Shown here in pieces: positions 29,001-38,005 of a stretch of DNA of 64,000 bases. Where the stretch lies: sequence record MW218148.1; one strand, given 5' to 3'. The translations under genes and the position numbers were made by a program. Numbering within the stretch: the stretch's first letter is position 1; each line of letters starts with the position of its first letter. The notes beneath the pieces were generated by a model. The model did not search any database, was not told where the DNA came from, and saw only the letters and a program-made list of their open reading frames with translations.

Positions 29001-30295
29001 TAAGATTTATCAAAGTCATTAGAAGCAATATTGTTAACTGTTTCTTCATTTATATTATCAATATTTTCATTGATTTCTCTATCAATGATTTTATCTTCAG
29101 AAAAACTAAAATCTTCTAATTGATTCAAGTATTCTTCTTGTTTATTAGATAAAGCTAAAATTTTCTTAGTATTTCTAAGAGCTTCTTCACCTATATTAGA
29201 TTTATTTTTAATATTTCTCTTTATAGATCTGAATGATTCATTCTTATCTAATACGTCCGTGTATAAAGTCTCTGTATCAATATCAATCAATTCTTTATTG
29301 TCTTTTAATTCTTTTTCGACAGCTAAAGCTATATTATATTCATCATCCACACTCATATCAATATTGTCTAATGATCTCATATGACTAATTACTGAATCAA
29401 TTTTGTTAGACATTCTTTCTAATTCTTCATCATTTTCATATTCAGTATCATCGTATTGAGCTTCTATTGGATCAATATCTTTGACATTATCAAAAGCATT
29501 TTTCTTAAATGATTGATCTTTAGCTACTGTTTTGTCATCGTCTTCAACATTAGATACTTCATCTACATTTAATGATTGTGTATTAGAGTCAATCATTCTT
29601 CTTAATCTTTGTCTAAGTCTCATATTAAGTTTATTGTAATCTTTATAATCAAATTTAAACATGATTCCATTATCTAAAGATATGAATAATAAGTTAACAT
29701 TTTGATTTTCACCATGAGGTAATTGTTCTTGTCTATTGATCATCATAAACATACTTGACATAAAGTCTTTAGTATTAGGTCTAATAGCTTCTTGTGAAGA
29801 TCTATTATAACCATCTACATTTATTACATATAAAAGATTATTGTAATCTTCTGTATTATTGATTGTATTGAATGTAGAATTAATTGAATCTAATACTGTA
29901 GAAACATTTTTAGTCATTAATGACTTATCTTCTAAATCAATAAACTTAGTTGAATCAACTATATAGTTTCTACCTTTAAATAATTTCTCATTTCTTTCAA
30001 CTCTATACTGTTTATAAGATTTAGATTTAATTTCTTTTTGATACTCAGAAATATTAGTTAATAATCTAGTTCTTCTGTTTTTAGTTCTATACAATCTTGG
30101 AGTATAGATATTTTTAAAATTCTGATGATATAAAATACCACTATTTAAAAAATCTGTAAAGGAATTATCTTTAAATCCTTTATAAATAACTAATTGATCT
30201 TTCTTTTTATCTTTAATTTCCTCATCAATAGCTTTAATTTTATATCCTGATATTGAATAGAATTTAAGATTTTTTAATCTATTAAGATATTTCAA
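26039..30295 (-). CDS. rpoB: Virion RNA polymerase beta subunit with a long N-terminal extension
   Basis: DVPKVIDGKYMKLNG, GILGISTPDSNKVGIVRQLS, DSPRIGMTGTQAKH, YEDSSIIS, GDKISFYGACKTVI and FSPLSIVSRM correspond to conserved beta blocks. TTG start. Confidence 0.92.
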   Translation of the reverse strand: MKYLNRLKNLKFYSISGYKIKAIDEEIKDKKKDQLVIYKGFKDNSFTDFLNSGILYHQNFKNIYTPRLYRTKNRRTRLLTNISEYQKEIKSKSYKQYRVERNEKLFKGRNYIVDSTKFIDLEDKSLMTKNVSTVLDSINSTFNTINNTEDYNNLLYVINVDGYNRSSQEAIRPNTKDFMSSMFMMINRQEQLPHGENQNVNLLFISLDNGIMFKFDYKDYNKLNMRLRQRLRRMIDSNTQSLNVDEVSNVEDDDKTVAKDQSFKKNAFDNVKDIDPIEAQYDDTEYENDEELERMSNKIDSVISHMRSLDNIDMSVDDEYNIALAVEKELKDNKELIDIDTETLYTDVLDKNESFRSIKRNIKNKSNIGEEALRNTKKILALSNKQEEYLNQLEDFSFSEDKIIDREINENIDNINEETVNNIASNDFDKSYMEKTFNKDFIDIMKSFNDNEEIPVFINKMEVLDNSDSQSLKNTVKVQFKSPDGLTHNVKFDVPKVIDGKYMKLNGGKKVLTKQLMMWPIVKYRPDTVWITTNYNKFIIEKFGYKENAETEWIKKVIEDDQVIEYIESKSKLSVKKGNASLINDKYVTSVIYNSLSRNILTFKDEINTLEFNQRSLLGMISNSNSLSQIDYDQDKYFPIGYNVNKSKLILADKTESVMYECGKSNIKSMKVNIFDYLIEKLDDEVDFGVIDKKFSKNIQSNKTMAFSRVKITNKLVPTILLLGFYKGLTHILDLYEVDYKFTEENERISIHDKKNKIKFQDGYLIYSTDKLRFDLLMSGLTVLPTSQYNFSDFETETPYLEYFNDKFYSRNVGKGIKNTMDLAMDPITKEVLKDLKLPDNMVELLLLANTMLEDVSAKDHNDMGIYRVRGPEQINALLYKMMANAYKEYSDSYNNKNPRNISVKQDQLIKTIMEQPTVDEVSDLNPNLEIDKMTSVTFKGPAGRNSEQSYEPDIRSYDESMQGILGISTPDSNKVGIVRQLSYDTQIKSTRGYTDGNKKENVPDTALYTPLELLNPYTSKHADSPRIGMTGTQAKHLIATKTNDRPLVGSGVDKALAYQISDTFAFKAKEDGKVISVNEKTGLMTVEYVNGDKDVIDISEKLAKNSNGGFYQNNKLTPQFEVGNKFNKGQILAKNDDYFAGSGSKNDIQFAAGKLSKVAVASSYGTYEDSSIISNSMSEAMSTKVTMKKTVNLASNTNIQYIVKEGQNVRTGDPLMIFENSFDDVGIGSLLDKIGSEFEQEIQDISNRAVRSKYTGVIKKVNIYYNDDIENMSPTLSKLVNGYINKSKNKYKEYKDAVKGNKSTLPGLDVDIPAVEKINSEKIKGEKVDGVLIEIFTEYEDDMSIGDKISFYGACKTVIADVTPPNESPYAEYRPDEEIEAIFSPLSIVSRMTTDIYLMLFTNKALIELKRKVKEMI

Positions 30296-30612
30296 TTAAT
30301 ATTCCATTCCTTTCGTTAATTTATTTTATTGACTGATATATTTATATTAATTTGATTTTTTAATATTATATATTTTAATTCAATAAATTTCTATATTCTA
30401 TAGTTTTGATTATGAATATTATGTATTTTATTAATACATTTTTATAGAATAAAAATGTGTATTATCCCCTAAAAATATAATAATTTATATTAATTATAAT
30501 ATTTATAAATATTATAATTAATTATTATTATTAATTAATAATATAATTATTATATTCCGGGAGTTTTTTAAAATTTTATTGCATAATTGATAAAAATATA
30601 ATAACTGACGGT

Positions 30613-30624
30613 AACAACTTAATA
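30613..30624 (+). promoter_or_regulatory. Late-type promoter AACA-N6-TA
   Basis: AACA-ACTTAA-TA upstream of the vRNAP beta' gene. Confidence 0.5.
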
Positions 30625-30655
30625 TCAATAAAATAATGAAAGAAGTGAAACTGAA

Positions 30656-31882
30656 TTGGCTAATATGACTTATCAAAATAAGACACTTAATGAAAAAGAG
30701 ATATCAACCTTATTAAGTATAGGTAAAGATGATATTACATTAGATAAATTAAAAGAATTATTTGCATTCAGAAAAAACTCTGAACCAATGTTTAATCCTT
30801 CTGATAAATTCACATTAAAGAAAAATCTAGTGTATAATAAAAATGATGAGAAAACTACTGTTGGTAGATATATATTTAACAAATTCATTTTAGATAATAA
30901 AATTGGACCTATTATTGGATATATGAATCGTAATATGAATGGTTCAGGTATAGGTGACTTCCAGTCAGATTTATCAAATCTGTTACTTAATGATATCATA
31001 ACGACTAAAGATATGTCAGAATACATTGACAAACTTCAATGGTTAGGATTCTCTATAGCTGGATTTATTAATTCTAGTTTAACAACTACTATGATGACAG
31101 CTACGGAAAAAGTTAAACAGAAAAAAGAAGAACTATTGATTAAATATGAAAAAGCTTTAAATACTCCTGGTGAAGAATTGAATGCTATAGAAGTTATTGA
31201 GAAAGAATTAATTAAATTAAGTAAAGAAGAATTAAAAGGAATTGCTGACTTGGATATTTATGATAGTGGTTCACGTGGTTCATTCGGTAATAACTATAAA
31301 TTAACAGCATTGATACGTGGAGCTAATAAAAACTTTGCTGATCCAAGTAAAATTAGAATTGCTAAAAGTTCATTAGCTGAAGGGATTGATCCTAATGAAC
31401 TATACATGTTTGGTGATATAATGACTGCAGGTTCAGCAGGACGTGCGCTTGGTACTCAAGAAGGAGGATATCAGGCTAAACAATTAATGTCGGCCTTCCA
31501 AACAACTGTTCTAGATAAAAAAGGTTCTGATTGTAGAACAAAACATCATCTTAAATTACTTTTAGATAAATCAAACGCATCATTGATGATGTATAGATAT
31601 TTCAAAGATAATAACTCAAGAGCAGGTCAATTAATTTTATTAACACCTGAAAATGTGGATGATTACATGGGTAAAGTTTTAGAATTTAGAAGTCCTATGT
31701 ATTGTGCTAGTGAAGATATTTGTAGTAAATGTGCAGGAGAATTACCTTACAAACTAGGTATTGAAAATATTGGTCTATTGGTTAACCAAGTAGCCCAAGC
31801 AATTGTAACAAGTTCTATGAAATCTTTCCATGATATGACTATCAAACAAAATGAAGTTGATATAGAAAGTTATATAGAATAA
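30656..31882 (+). CDS. rpoC: Virion RNA polymerase beta' C-terminal subunit
   Basis: SGSRGS, SSLAEG, bridge helix RALGTQEGGYQAKQL, Zn site SDCRT..FRSPMYC..ICSKCAG, trigger region TSSMKSFH; divergent from vRNAP beta. Confidence 0.9.
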   Translation: MANMTYQNKTLNEKEISTLLSIGKDDITLDKLKELFAFRKNSEPMFNPSDKFTLKKNLVYNKNDEKTTVGRYIFNKFILDNKIGPIIGYMNRNMNGSGIGDFQSDLSNLLLNDIITTKDMSEYIDKLQWLGFSIAGFINSSLTTTMMTATEKVKQKKEELLIKYEKALNTPGEELNAIEVIEKELIKLSKEELKGIADLDIYDSGSRGSFGNNYKLTALIRGANKNFADPSKIRIAKSSLAEGIDPNELYMFGDIMTAGSAGRALGTQEGGYQAKQLMSAFQTTVLDKKGSDCRTKHHLKLLLDKSNASLMMYRYFKDNNSRAGQLILLTPENVDDYMGKVLEFRSPMYCASEDICSKCAGELPYKLGIENIGLLVNQVAQAIVTSSMKSFHDMTIKQNEVDIESYIE

Positions 31883-31886
31883 CATA

Positions 31887-31916
31887 AATTTAGTGACATT
31901 AATTTGTCACTAAATT
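31887..31916 (+). terminator. Terminator of the vRNAP beta' gene
   Basis: AATTTAGTGAC-ATTAATTT-GTCACTAAATT followed by a poly-T tract. Confidence 0.8.
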
Positions 31917-32043
31917 ATTTTTTTTTTAATTTATATAAATAACTAATAAATATAGAAATTTAAATTTCTATATTAGGTATTATATTGGCATATCATTACC
32001 TTTTAAGGCGCTTGTTTATGATAAAATTAGACAAGTGTTATTT

Positions 32044-32119
32044 GTTTCCATAGCTTAATTTGGTAGAGCAAACCTTTTGAATAAGGTTATAGGTGTGAGT
32101 TCAATTCTCACTGGGAACA
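32044..32119 (+). tRNA. tRNA-like gene with non-canonical 8-nt anticodon loop; isotype undetermined
   Basis: Acceptor GTTTCCA/TGGGAAC, U8A9, D-arm GCTT-AATTTGGTA-GAGC, anticodon stem AACCT/AGGTT with loop TTTGAATA, 6-nt variable region, T-arm GTGAG-TTCAATT-CTCAC, discriminator A followed by CCG rather than CCA. Confidence 0.7.
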
Positions 32120-32121
32120 CC

Positions 32122-32600
32122 GAAAAGGATTAATCATCCTAATATTGAAGCTGCAGATTCAGTATAAATAAAAACATAATATACGTTGTATGCCACACGC
32201 ATATTATTAGATTCAACTAGTGTAAAGGCATATCGCTAGTTGTAAAACAATAAGTCAGACGTTATGATCTGTCATATCATAACGTAATCCAGACTTAGTT
32301 AACTCTCTTGCGTAATTAACTAGGTCACATCTAATAGAATTAATAAAGTAGGACTCATCTACGATAAAGTTATGAGTATCTGAGCTTTATTAATTCTCAA
32401 GAAGGTTTTCTAGTTTAAGTTCCTATATCAATTGAGATAAAGAAAACTAGAATATAAAATTTTGTAGTTTTACATTCTTTGTACTCCAATAATTTTGAAA
32501 ACAAAGAATGACCAATACAATGCTTTATTTCTTTTTAGCTCACAACTTAAAAGAAAAACTAGGTGGACCATTTTATGCTTTATTGGTCGGCAAATAATTA
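32122..32600 (+). ncRNA. Candidate large structured non-coding RNA
   Basis: No ORF of 60 aa or more; at least nine helices including perfect 10, 12 and 10 bp stems, plus a long-range helix closing a multiway junction; bounded by the tRNA-like gene and a terminator. Confidence 0.6.
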
Positions 32601-32611
32601 TTAAAGCAATC

Positions 32612-32644
32612 TCCCCTAACCTCATTAATTTGTAGGTTAGGGGA
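32612..32644 (+). terminator. CCCCTAA hairpin family copy 2, terminator of the tRNA/ncRNA unit
   Basis: TCCCCTAACCT-C-ATTAATTT-GT-AGGTTAGGGGA plus poly-T. Confidence 0.8.
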
Positions 32645-32665
32645 ATTTTTTTTATACATACTTTT

Positions 32666-32685
32666 AAATATATATTATAAAAATG
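32666..32685 (+). promoter_or_regulatory. Early-type promoter motif
   Basis: AAATATATATTATAAAAATG exact copy. Confidence 0.65.
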
Positions 32686-32742
32686 AGATATTGAATAATA
32701 ATTTAATATCTGATAATTTTATAATATGGAGATGAAGATGAT

Positions 32743-34959
32743 ATGATTGGATCAAAATTAAAAAGTCAACTAAATAAGAAGTTTAGAGAACTAGAAAGAA
32801 GTCAATATTCTGTTTATGAAGTTGATGAAAACAAAGACTATGATCTTAATAAAGGTAAAATAAAAGTAAAGGATATTGATAAAAATATTACAGTAGAAAC
32901 CAAAGTCCATTATCTTAAGTATAGAAAAGACTTAAAATGGTTAGATGGAATGTTTATTAAAGCTGAAAGTGAGAAAGAAGTTAACAAGGAAGATAAAAAG
33001 GAAGAAGATAAAAAGGAAGAAGATAAAAAGGAAGATGATAAAACAGAAATTAAAATAAAAGAAAGTCCTGAAATTGAAAATGAGAAAAATGATTTACTGA
33101 CTAGTACTAGTAAGTTGAAAAGTAAAATTAAAGAAGTTAAAAATTCTCCTGAATTTATTAGAAATACATTTTATCAAACTCTCTCAGACAAAAAGTACGG
33201 TAAAAATAGATATATCATGGATAATTTCAATCCGGGTAACGTTAATAAATCTAATGATATACATTGTAATATTCATGGTAAATTTAAAAGATCCCCTAAA
33301 GAATTCTTTAATCATGGAAAAGAATGTCCTAAATGTATGAATAGCGAAAAGATGGTAAAAGATATAGTGGAATTAAATATGTCTTCTAAAAGAGATGACT
33401 TATTTAAAGAGATAATTGATATTAACAGTGGGATGAAAATTGAAGATAGACTTACAGTACTTACTACCAAAGAACTTTTTGATGATACTTTCATATGCCA
33501 AATATACGAAAGTTGGGCTAAAAAATTATACGATAGAGAATATGATATGTCTAAATTTAAACCGGAATACATGGTTCATCCTCAGATTATAATTTATGAA
33601 GGTAAAGAATATAAAACCACTTTAGACTCATTCTTTAAAAAGAGAATTGACATCATACAAGACGAGGAAAAACCTGAAGAGAAAGTAAAAGAAAAACAAG
33701 TTAAGAAAAAATATAATGCAGAAGAAGAAAATAAAAAATTATTAGCGGATGTATTTAATCAGCCTGAAATTAAAATTAGTAAAGAACCTGAAAAGATTGG
33801 TAGAAAATCTTCTCAAGCTGAAAGATTTGAAAGAAATATAAGTCCACTTCCTGAACCTAAAAAGGTTGAGAAGAAAGAAGAAGATAAATATGATATTCAA
33901 TATTTAATAAATACTTCTGATATGAACTTAAATTCGAAAATACATGAAATTAATAAACGTAAGTATTCTGATGCAGAAAGATTAAGATTCTATAATGGAA
34001 CTACAATTCTCAAACATGGTAGAAATAAATATATAATGGATAAATTCAAACCTAATACTATTAAACATGAGCAAGAAATAGTTTGTAAAATTCATGGTAC
34101 ATTCAAAATGACTCCTGGTGATTTCCTACTTGATGGGAAACAGTGTCCTAAGTGTTCTCAAGGTAAAACTTCTATGACAGAAAACTTTGTAAAAGAATAC
34201 ATTAGAGATATGGGAATTGAAGTTAATACTTATGAAGATAGAGAAATTATTAAACCATATGGAATTGATATCATTATAGAGGATTTAAAACTAGCTATAG
34301 AAGTTAATGGAATTAAATATCATTCTTCAGAAACAAGATCTGATAGCTCAAATAAATATCATCAATTAAGAAAATTAAAAATGTTAGCTGACAAGGGTTA
34401 TTCTTTAATTAGTATTTATGATGATGAAATTCCTAATGATAATAAAAATATTGGATGGGATAAATTTTCTAAGTTCCTAACTGAAATTATGCTATTTAAT
34501 GAAGATTTTGTTATAGATGATTTTAATGCACGTAGTATGCAAATAAGAGGTATTAGTTATTATAAATTTAGAGAATTCTTTGAAAATTCTAGACAACAAT
34601 TTGATTCTGTAGACTTTGAATATAAAGGAGTATTCTACAAAGAGAAATTAGTATCTGTATTTTCGTATAATAAAGACACTCTTGAATGTCATAACTATCA
34701 TACCGTAATGAATAATAAATATGATTTGGAGTTGATTGGAAGAACTTATAAAGATTTAAAATTTATTGTTAAACGTGATTCATACAATTCATACAAGTTA
34801 AAAGACTATGGTATGCTTTCTGTAGCTGAAACAGAACCTGAATTCTGTAATTTCACAAAAACAAAGGATTTTAAAACTAGTTACTTTAGAACTAAGAATA
34901 AAGATGTTAATAATAAAAATAAAATATATGACTGTGGTAAAGTAGTCTATATATTCTAA
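32743..34959 (+). CDS. Hef-like homing endonuclease: two DUF723-like Zn modules, Vsr/PD-(D/E)xK nuclease, degenerate C-terminal domain
   Basis: Two KYGxNRYIMDxFxP..C.IHG.F...P..F...G..CPKC repeats; EN-x..YGIDIIIEDLKLAIEVNGIKYHS; C-terminal IYDCGKVVYIF. Confidence 0.75.
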   Translation: MIGSKLKSQLNKKFRELERSQYSVYEVDENKDYDLNKGKIKVKDIDKNITVETKVHYLKYRKDLKWLDGMFIKAESEKEVNKEDKKEEDKKEEDKKEDDKTEIKIKESPEIENEKNDLLTSTSKLKSKIKEVKNSPEFIRNTFYQTLSDKKYGKNRYIMDNFNPGNVNKSNDIHCNIHGKFKRSPKEFFNHGKECPKCMNSEKMVKDIVELNMSSKRDDLFKEIIDINSGMKIEDRLTVLTTKELFDDTFICQIYESWAKKLYDREYDMSKFKPEYMVHPQIIIYEGKEYKTTLDSFFKKRIDIIQDEEKPEEKVKEKQVKKKYNAEEENKKLLADVFNQPEIKISKEPEKIGRKSSQAERFERNISPLPEPKKVEKKEEDKYDIQYLINTSDMNLNSKIHEINKRKYSDAERLRFYNGTTILKHGRNKYIMDKFKPNTIKHEQEIVCKIHGTFKMTPGDFLLDGKQCPKCSQGKTSMTENFVKEYIRDMGIEVNTYEDREIIKPYGIDIIIEDLKLAIEVNGIKYHSSETRSDSSNKYHQLRKLKMLADKGYSLISIYDDEIPNDNKNIGWDKFSKFLTEIMLFNEDFVIDDFNARSMQIRGISYYKFREFFENSRQQFDSVDFEYKGVFYKEKLVSVFSYNKDTLECHNYHTVMNNKYDLELIGRTYKDLKFIVKRDSYNSYKLKDYGMLSVAETEPEFCNFTKTKDFKTSYFRTKNKDVNNKNKIYDCGKVVYIF

Positions 34960-34965
34960 AATATA

Positions 34966-34997
34966 TCCCCTAATACTATTAATTTAGTATTAGGGGA
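34966..34997. terminator. Bidirectional terminator, CCCCTAA hairpin family copy 3
   Basis: TCCCCTAATACT-ATTAATTT-AGTATTAGGGGA; identical to 63613-63644. Confidence 0.8.
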
Positions 34998-35014
34998 TTT
35001 TATATTATTTTTTT

Positions 35015-35698
35015 TTATTGAATAATCTTATTTGGTTTAACTTCATTTTTCATCTTGATTTCAGTCTTAACTTTATCAAGAACTTCTGATTCATATAATG
35101 AAGGATCTTCTTCATATTTCTTAGTCATCTTCTTAACAGCTTCTATTTTATTTTCTAAAGGAGCTTCCAATTCAACTTCACTAAAAAGATCTTCAAAATT
35201 ACCGAAAACAAATTCTTCATTCAGAGGTATGAATAAATCACCATTATGTGCTAATTCATGAGCAGTATAAGATAATGGCACTATACCTATTTTACCTTCA
35301 AAATGCATTTTAATGACATCTTCAGCCACAGTAAAACTCTCATAAGACTTTTTATACTCATAATTAGTCTTAAGTTTTTCTCTATAGCTAGATACTATAT
35401 CATATAAAGATAATGGGTAGTGGTGCATTTCTATAGTTAAACGCTTATCGTCATTTATATCAACTTCTGGAATAAACTTACATTTAGTAAGATCCATTTC
35501 AGTTTTCAAAGCTTTAATAAATGATTTGTATTCATATGAGCTTCTAACTATTTTTTCAATATATTTATTAAATGTCTCTTCAGACTTTATTTCATCTTCA
35601 CTATTATACATTTCGAATTTCTTTGTTTCATCTACATTTAACTCTATAGTTTCGACTAATTTTGGAAGGTCTTTTTTATCTACTTTTGGCATTTGCAT
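35015..35698 (-). CDS. HNH-like fold protein
   Basis: CKFI..IEMHHYP..GIVPLSYTAHELAHNG resembles the beta-beta-alpha-metal pattern. Confidence 0.5.
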   Translation of the reverse strand: MQMPKVDKKDLPKLVETIELNVDETKKFEMYNSEDEIKSEETFNKYIEKIVRSSYEYKSFIKALKTEMDLTKCKFIPEVDINDDKRLTIEMHHYPLSLYDIVSSYREKLKTNYEYKKSYESFTVAEDVIKMHFEGKIGIVPLSYTAHELAHNGDLFIPLNEEFVFGNFEDLFSEVELEAPLENKIEAVKKMTKKYEEDPSLYESEVLDKVKTEIKMKNEVKPNKIIQ

Positions 35699-35743
35699 AG
35701 ATTTAATTACCTTCTTTCTAATTTTCTTTTATTTATATTAATA

Positions 35744-35755
35744 TAAATAATTGTT
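35744..35755 (-). promoter_or_regulatory. Late-type promoter AACA-N6-TA
   Basis: AACA-ATTATT-TATA. Confidence 0.5.
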
Positions 35756-35797
35756 ATGAATTATTTATATGAACCTATGCGTTTCATGAAATTTTTT

Positions 35798-35817
35798 AAA
35801 TATATATTATAAAAATG
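35798..35817 (+). promoter_or_regulatory. Early-type promoter motif
   Basis: AAATATATATTATAAAAATG exact copy. Confidence 0.65.
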
Positions 35818-35875
35818 AAGTGTTACTTAGCTAATAACATTTCACAAAAATTTAAAAATGGAGAGTGAATAGGAT

Positions 35876-38005
35876 ATGAGTAAACAAATTTTAAACACAA
35901 GTTATTTGACAGAGGAAGAATTCAAAAAGGAAATAATGTGGTACAAAGAAGAGGTTAAAAAGAATTATCCAATTAAAAAGGAATATAGTAGAGATTTTCA
36001 TAACAATGTAAATAGTTTATTTAAAGAAATTATAGAAACAATGAAAAACAATAGATTCATAGGAGAAGAAATTAGATTTGTATCATATGACTCAGACGAT
36101 TACTATAATAACACTGTATATGTGGTTTATGAAATCATGGGTTATGCTTTCATAACATTGGTTAGTTCTAATGTATTTGATCTAGATGAATACAATTCTG
36201 TATTAGGTTTATTACATTTTATTAAGTCAAGCTTTATGGATAATTATAATATAGCTAGACTTTATCATGATAAAGATTATAGTTATCATAGAGCTTTAAA
36301 TGTTATCTATGAAGATCATGGAGATAATTTATTTGATCATATCATTGCCAATAAGCAGGATACTTTAGAAAAATATTCTGATAGATTACAAATGTTTGAT
36401 GTTAATAAACCTTCATTTAGTGTTTATTTAGAACAACCTGATAATGTTTTAATAGAATCTCTATTAAGCTCAAGACTATATCTTAATGAAATTAATGATG
36501 CCGACTTAATATTAGAGAACTATAAAGAAAGTAAGGTTGTTAATCCTTATGGGTTAGTTGCAACAAAAAGAAACGTATCACCAACTTACAACTATAGCCA
36601 GAAATCAGACTATCAATTATCAAATACTTCGATGTATTACTCATCAAAAAATATAATATCACCAAATTATGATAAATATTTAGATATTGAAGGATTGGAT
36701 CGCATTAATGTAACTGATATTGCTACAAATAAAATAAACAGTTCATTTAATCCTTTTAGATTAAACTTATTATCTCCATCAGGATATAATAAATTAGGTA
36801 ATATAATGGTTATCTACATGTTATTATCTGAGTTTGAAATTGAAAATTCAGAATCTTATATTGAAGATTTAGTTTCAGGATTGTTTACTAATTTTAAGAG
36901 TAAAGTTACCATTAATTCTAAAATGACTGTAACAAGTACTGATTTGATCTCTAATAAGAGCGGTCAAGATAAGAGACTATTATATATGGACCTTCTTAAT
37001 CAAGATGATGGTAGTTCATCAATTGTATTATTCACATTAATTAATAATATGATTTACAACTACATTAATAACAATGACTTTGATTGGACTACAGCTAAGT
37101 TTGGATTATTAGACGTTATTAAATTTAATTTAAAATCTCATAAATTAAAAGACTTCAGAAAAGAAGTTAAAGAAATTTATAAATTTAGAGTTAAGGATGT
37201 CAAATCTAAAGCTTATAAGAGAGATGAAGAATATAAGTATAAATCTTTCAAAGAAAGTGTTATGGCATATGTAGAAAAATTAGGTTTAAACAAATTAGTT
37301 AAAGATATTAATGACATATTAGGAGATGAAGAGTTTATGAATAACGAAAAAGAATTAGGAATAACAGAATCACAAGTAGAAAAGTTCAACAGAAGATACG
37401 GTATGTTTAATGAAATCGATGAACAAGATGAAAAAGATATTCATGAATACTTTGAAGAACTCAATAAAAATGAAGAGAAAAATGATAGTTCAGAAGATAT
37501 TGACCCTAAAGTAGTTGACTTTATAACTAGTGTAAATAGTGCTAGTGATTTAATTGCAGATAATAAAAATGATGAATACGAAGTTATTAAAGATAGTAAA
37601 ATCTTCCAAGACATCACTTTTAAATATGCAGGTCAAAAACATATTTTAACTAAAGTACCTAATTCAAAAGTTAAAGTAGAAATTAATAAGAAAAAACTTT
37701 TCATCAATTGTATTTTTGATGATGCAGAATTTAATTACTTTGTAAATTCTATTAAATTCATTGATAGCAGAAGAGTGGAGTTTACAAGTAATGAAGGGAA
37801 GTCAAAAATTGTGAATGATTATTACGATATTCTTACAGGTGAGGAAAGCTTAAATGAAATTAGACCAACTAACGTAAGAAGAGGTTTAGACTATAATATT
37901 GACTTAATTAAGAATATCACTGGTCTAAGTAATATTTCTAAAGAAGGTAATAAAGTTTATCACAATGGTGAATTCCTATGTGAAGTAGAAGAATTAATGA
38001 TTTAA
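35876..38005 (+). CDS. Large hypothetical protein, predicted early
   Basis: 709 aa ORF after the early motif; no recognisable catalytic motif. Confidence 0.7.
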   Translation: MSKQILNTSYLTEEEFKKEIMWYKEEVKKNYPIKKEYSRDFHNNVNSLFKEIIETMKNNRFIGEEIRFVSYDSDDYYNNTVYVVYEIMGYAFITLVSSNVFDLDEYNSVLGLLHFIKSSFMDNYNIARLYHDKDYSYHRALNVIYEDHGDNLFDHIIANKQDTLEKYSDRLQMFDVNKPSFSVYLEQPDNVLIESLLSSRLYLNEINDADLILENYKESKVVNPYGLVATKRNVSPTYNYSQKSDYQLSNTSMYYSSKNIISPNYDKYLDIEGLDRINVTDIATNKINSSFNPFRLNLLSPSGYNKLGNIMVIYMLLSEFEIENSESYIEDLVSGLFTNFKSKVTINSKMTVTSTDLISNKSGQDKRLLYMDLLNQDDGSSSIVLFTLINNMIYNYINNNDFDWTTAKFGLLDVIKFNLKSHKLKDFRKEVKEIYKFRVKDVKSKAYKRDEEYKYKSFKESVMAYVEKLGLNKLVKDINDILGDEEFMNNEKELGITESQVEKFNRRYGMFNEIDEQDEKDIHEYFEELNKNEEKNDSSEDIDPKVVDFITSVNSASDLIADNKNDEYEVIKDSKIFQDITFKYAGQKHILTKVPNSKVKVEINKKKLFINCIFDDAEFNYFVNSIKFIDSRRVEFTSNEGKSKIVNDYYDILTGEESLNEIRPTNVRRGLDYNIDLIKNITGLSNISKEGNKVYHNGEFLCEVEELMI

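Noticed and set aside
32122-32600. Group I intron, tmRNA, RNase P or SRP identity for the structured region
   Set aside because: It does not interrupt a gene, and I could not find P/Q/R/S cores, the tmRNA acceptor/T-arm ends or the RNase P GAGGAAAGUCC motif.
32985-33040. GAAGATAAAAAG tandem repeat
   Set aside because: Simple coding microsatellite (KKEED) in a disordered linker.
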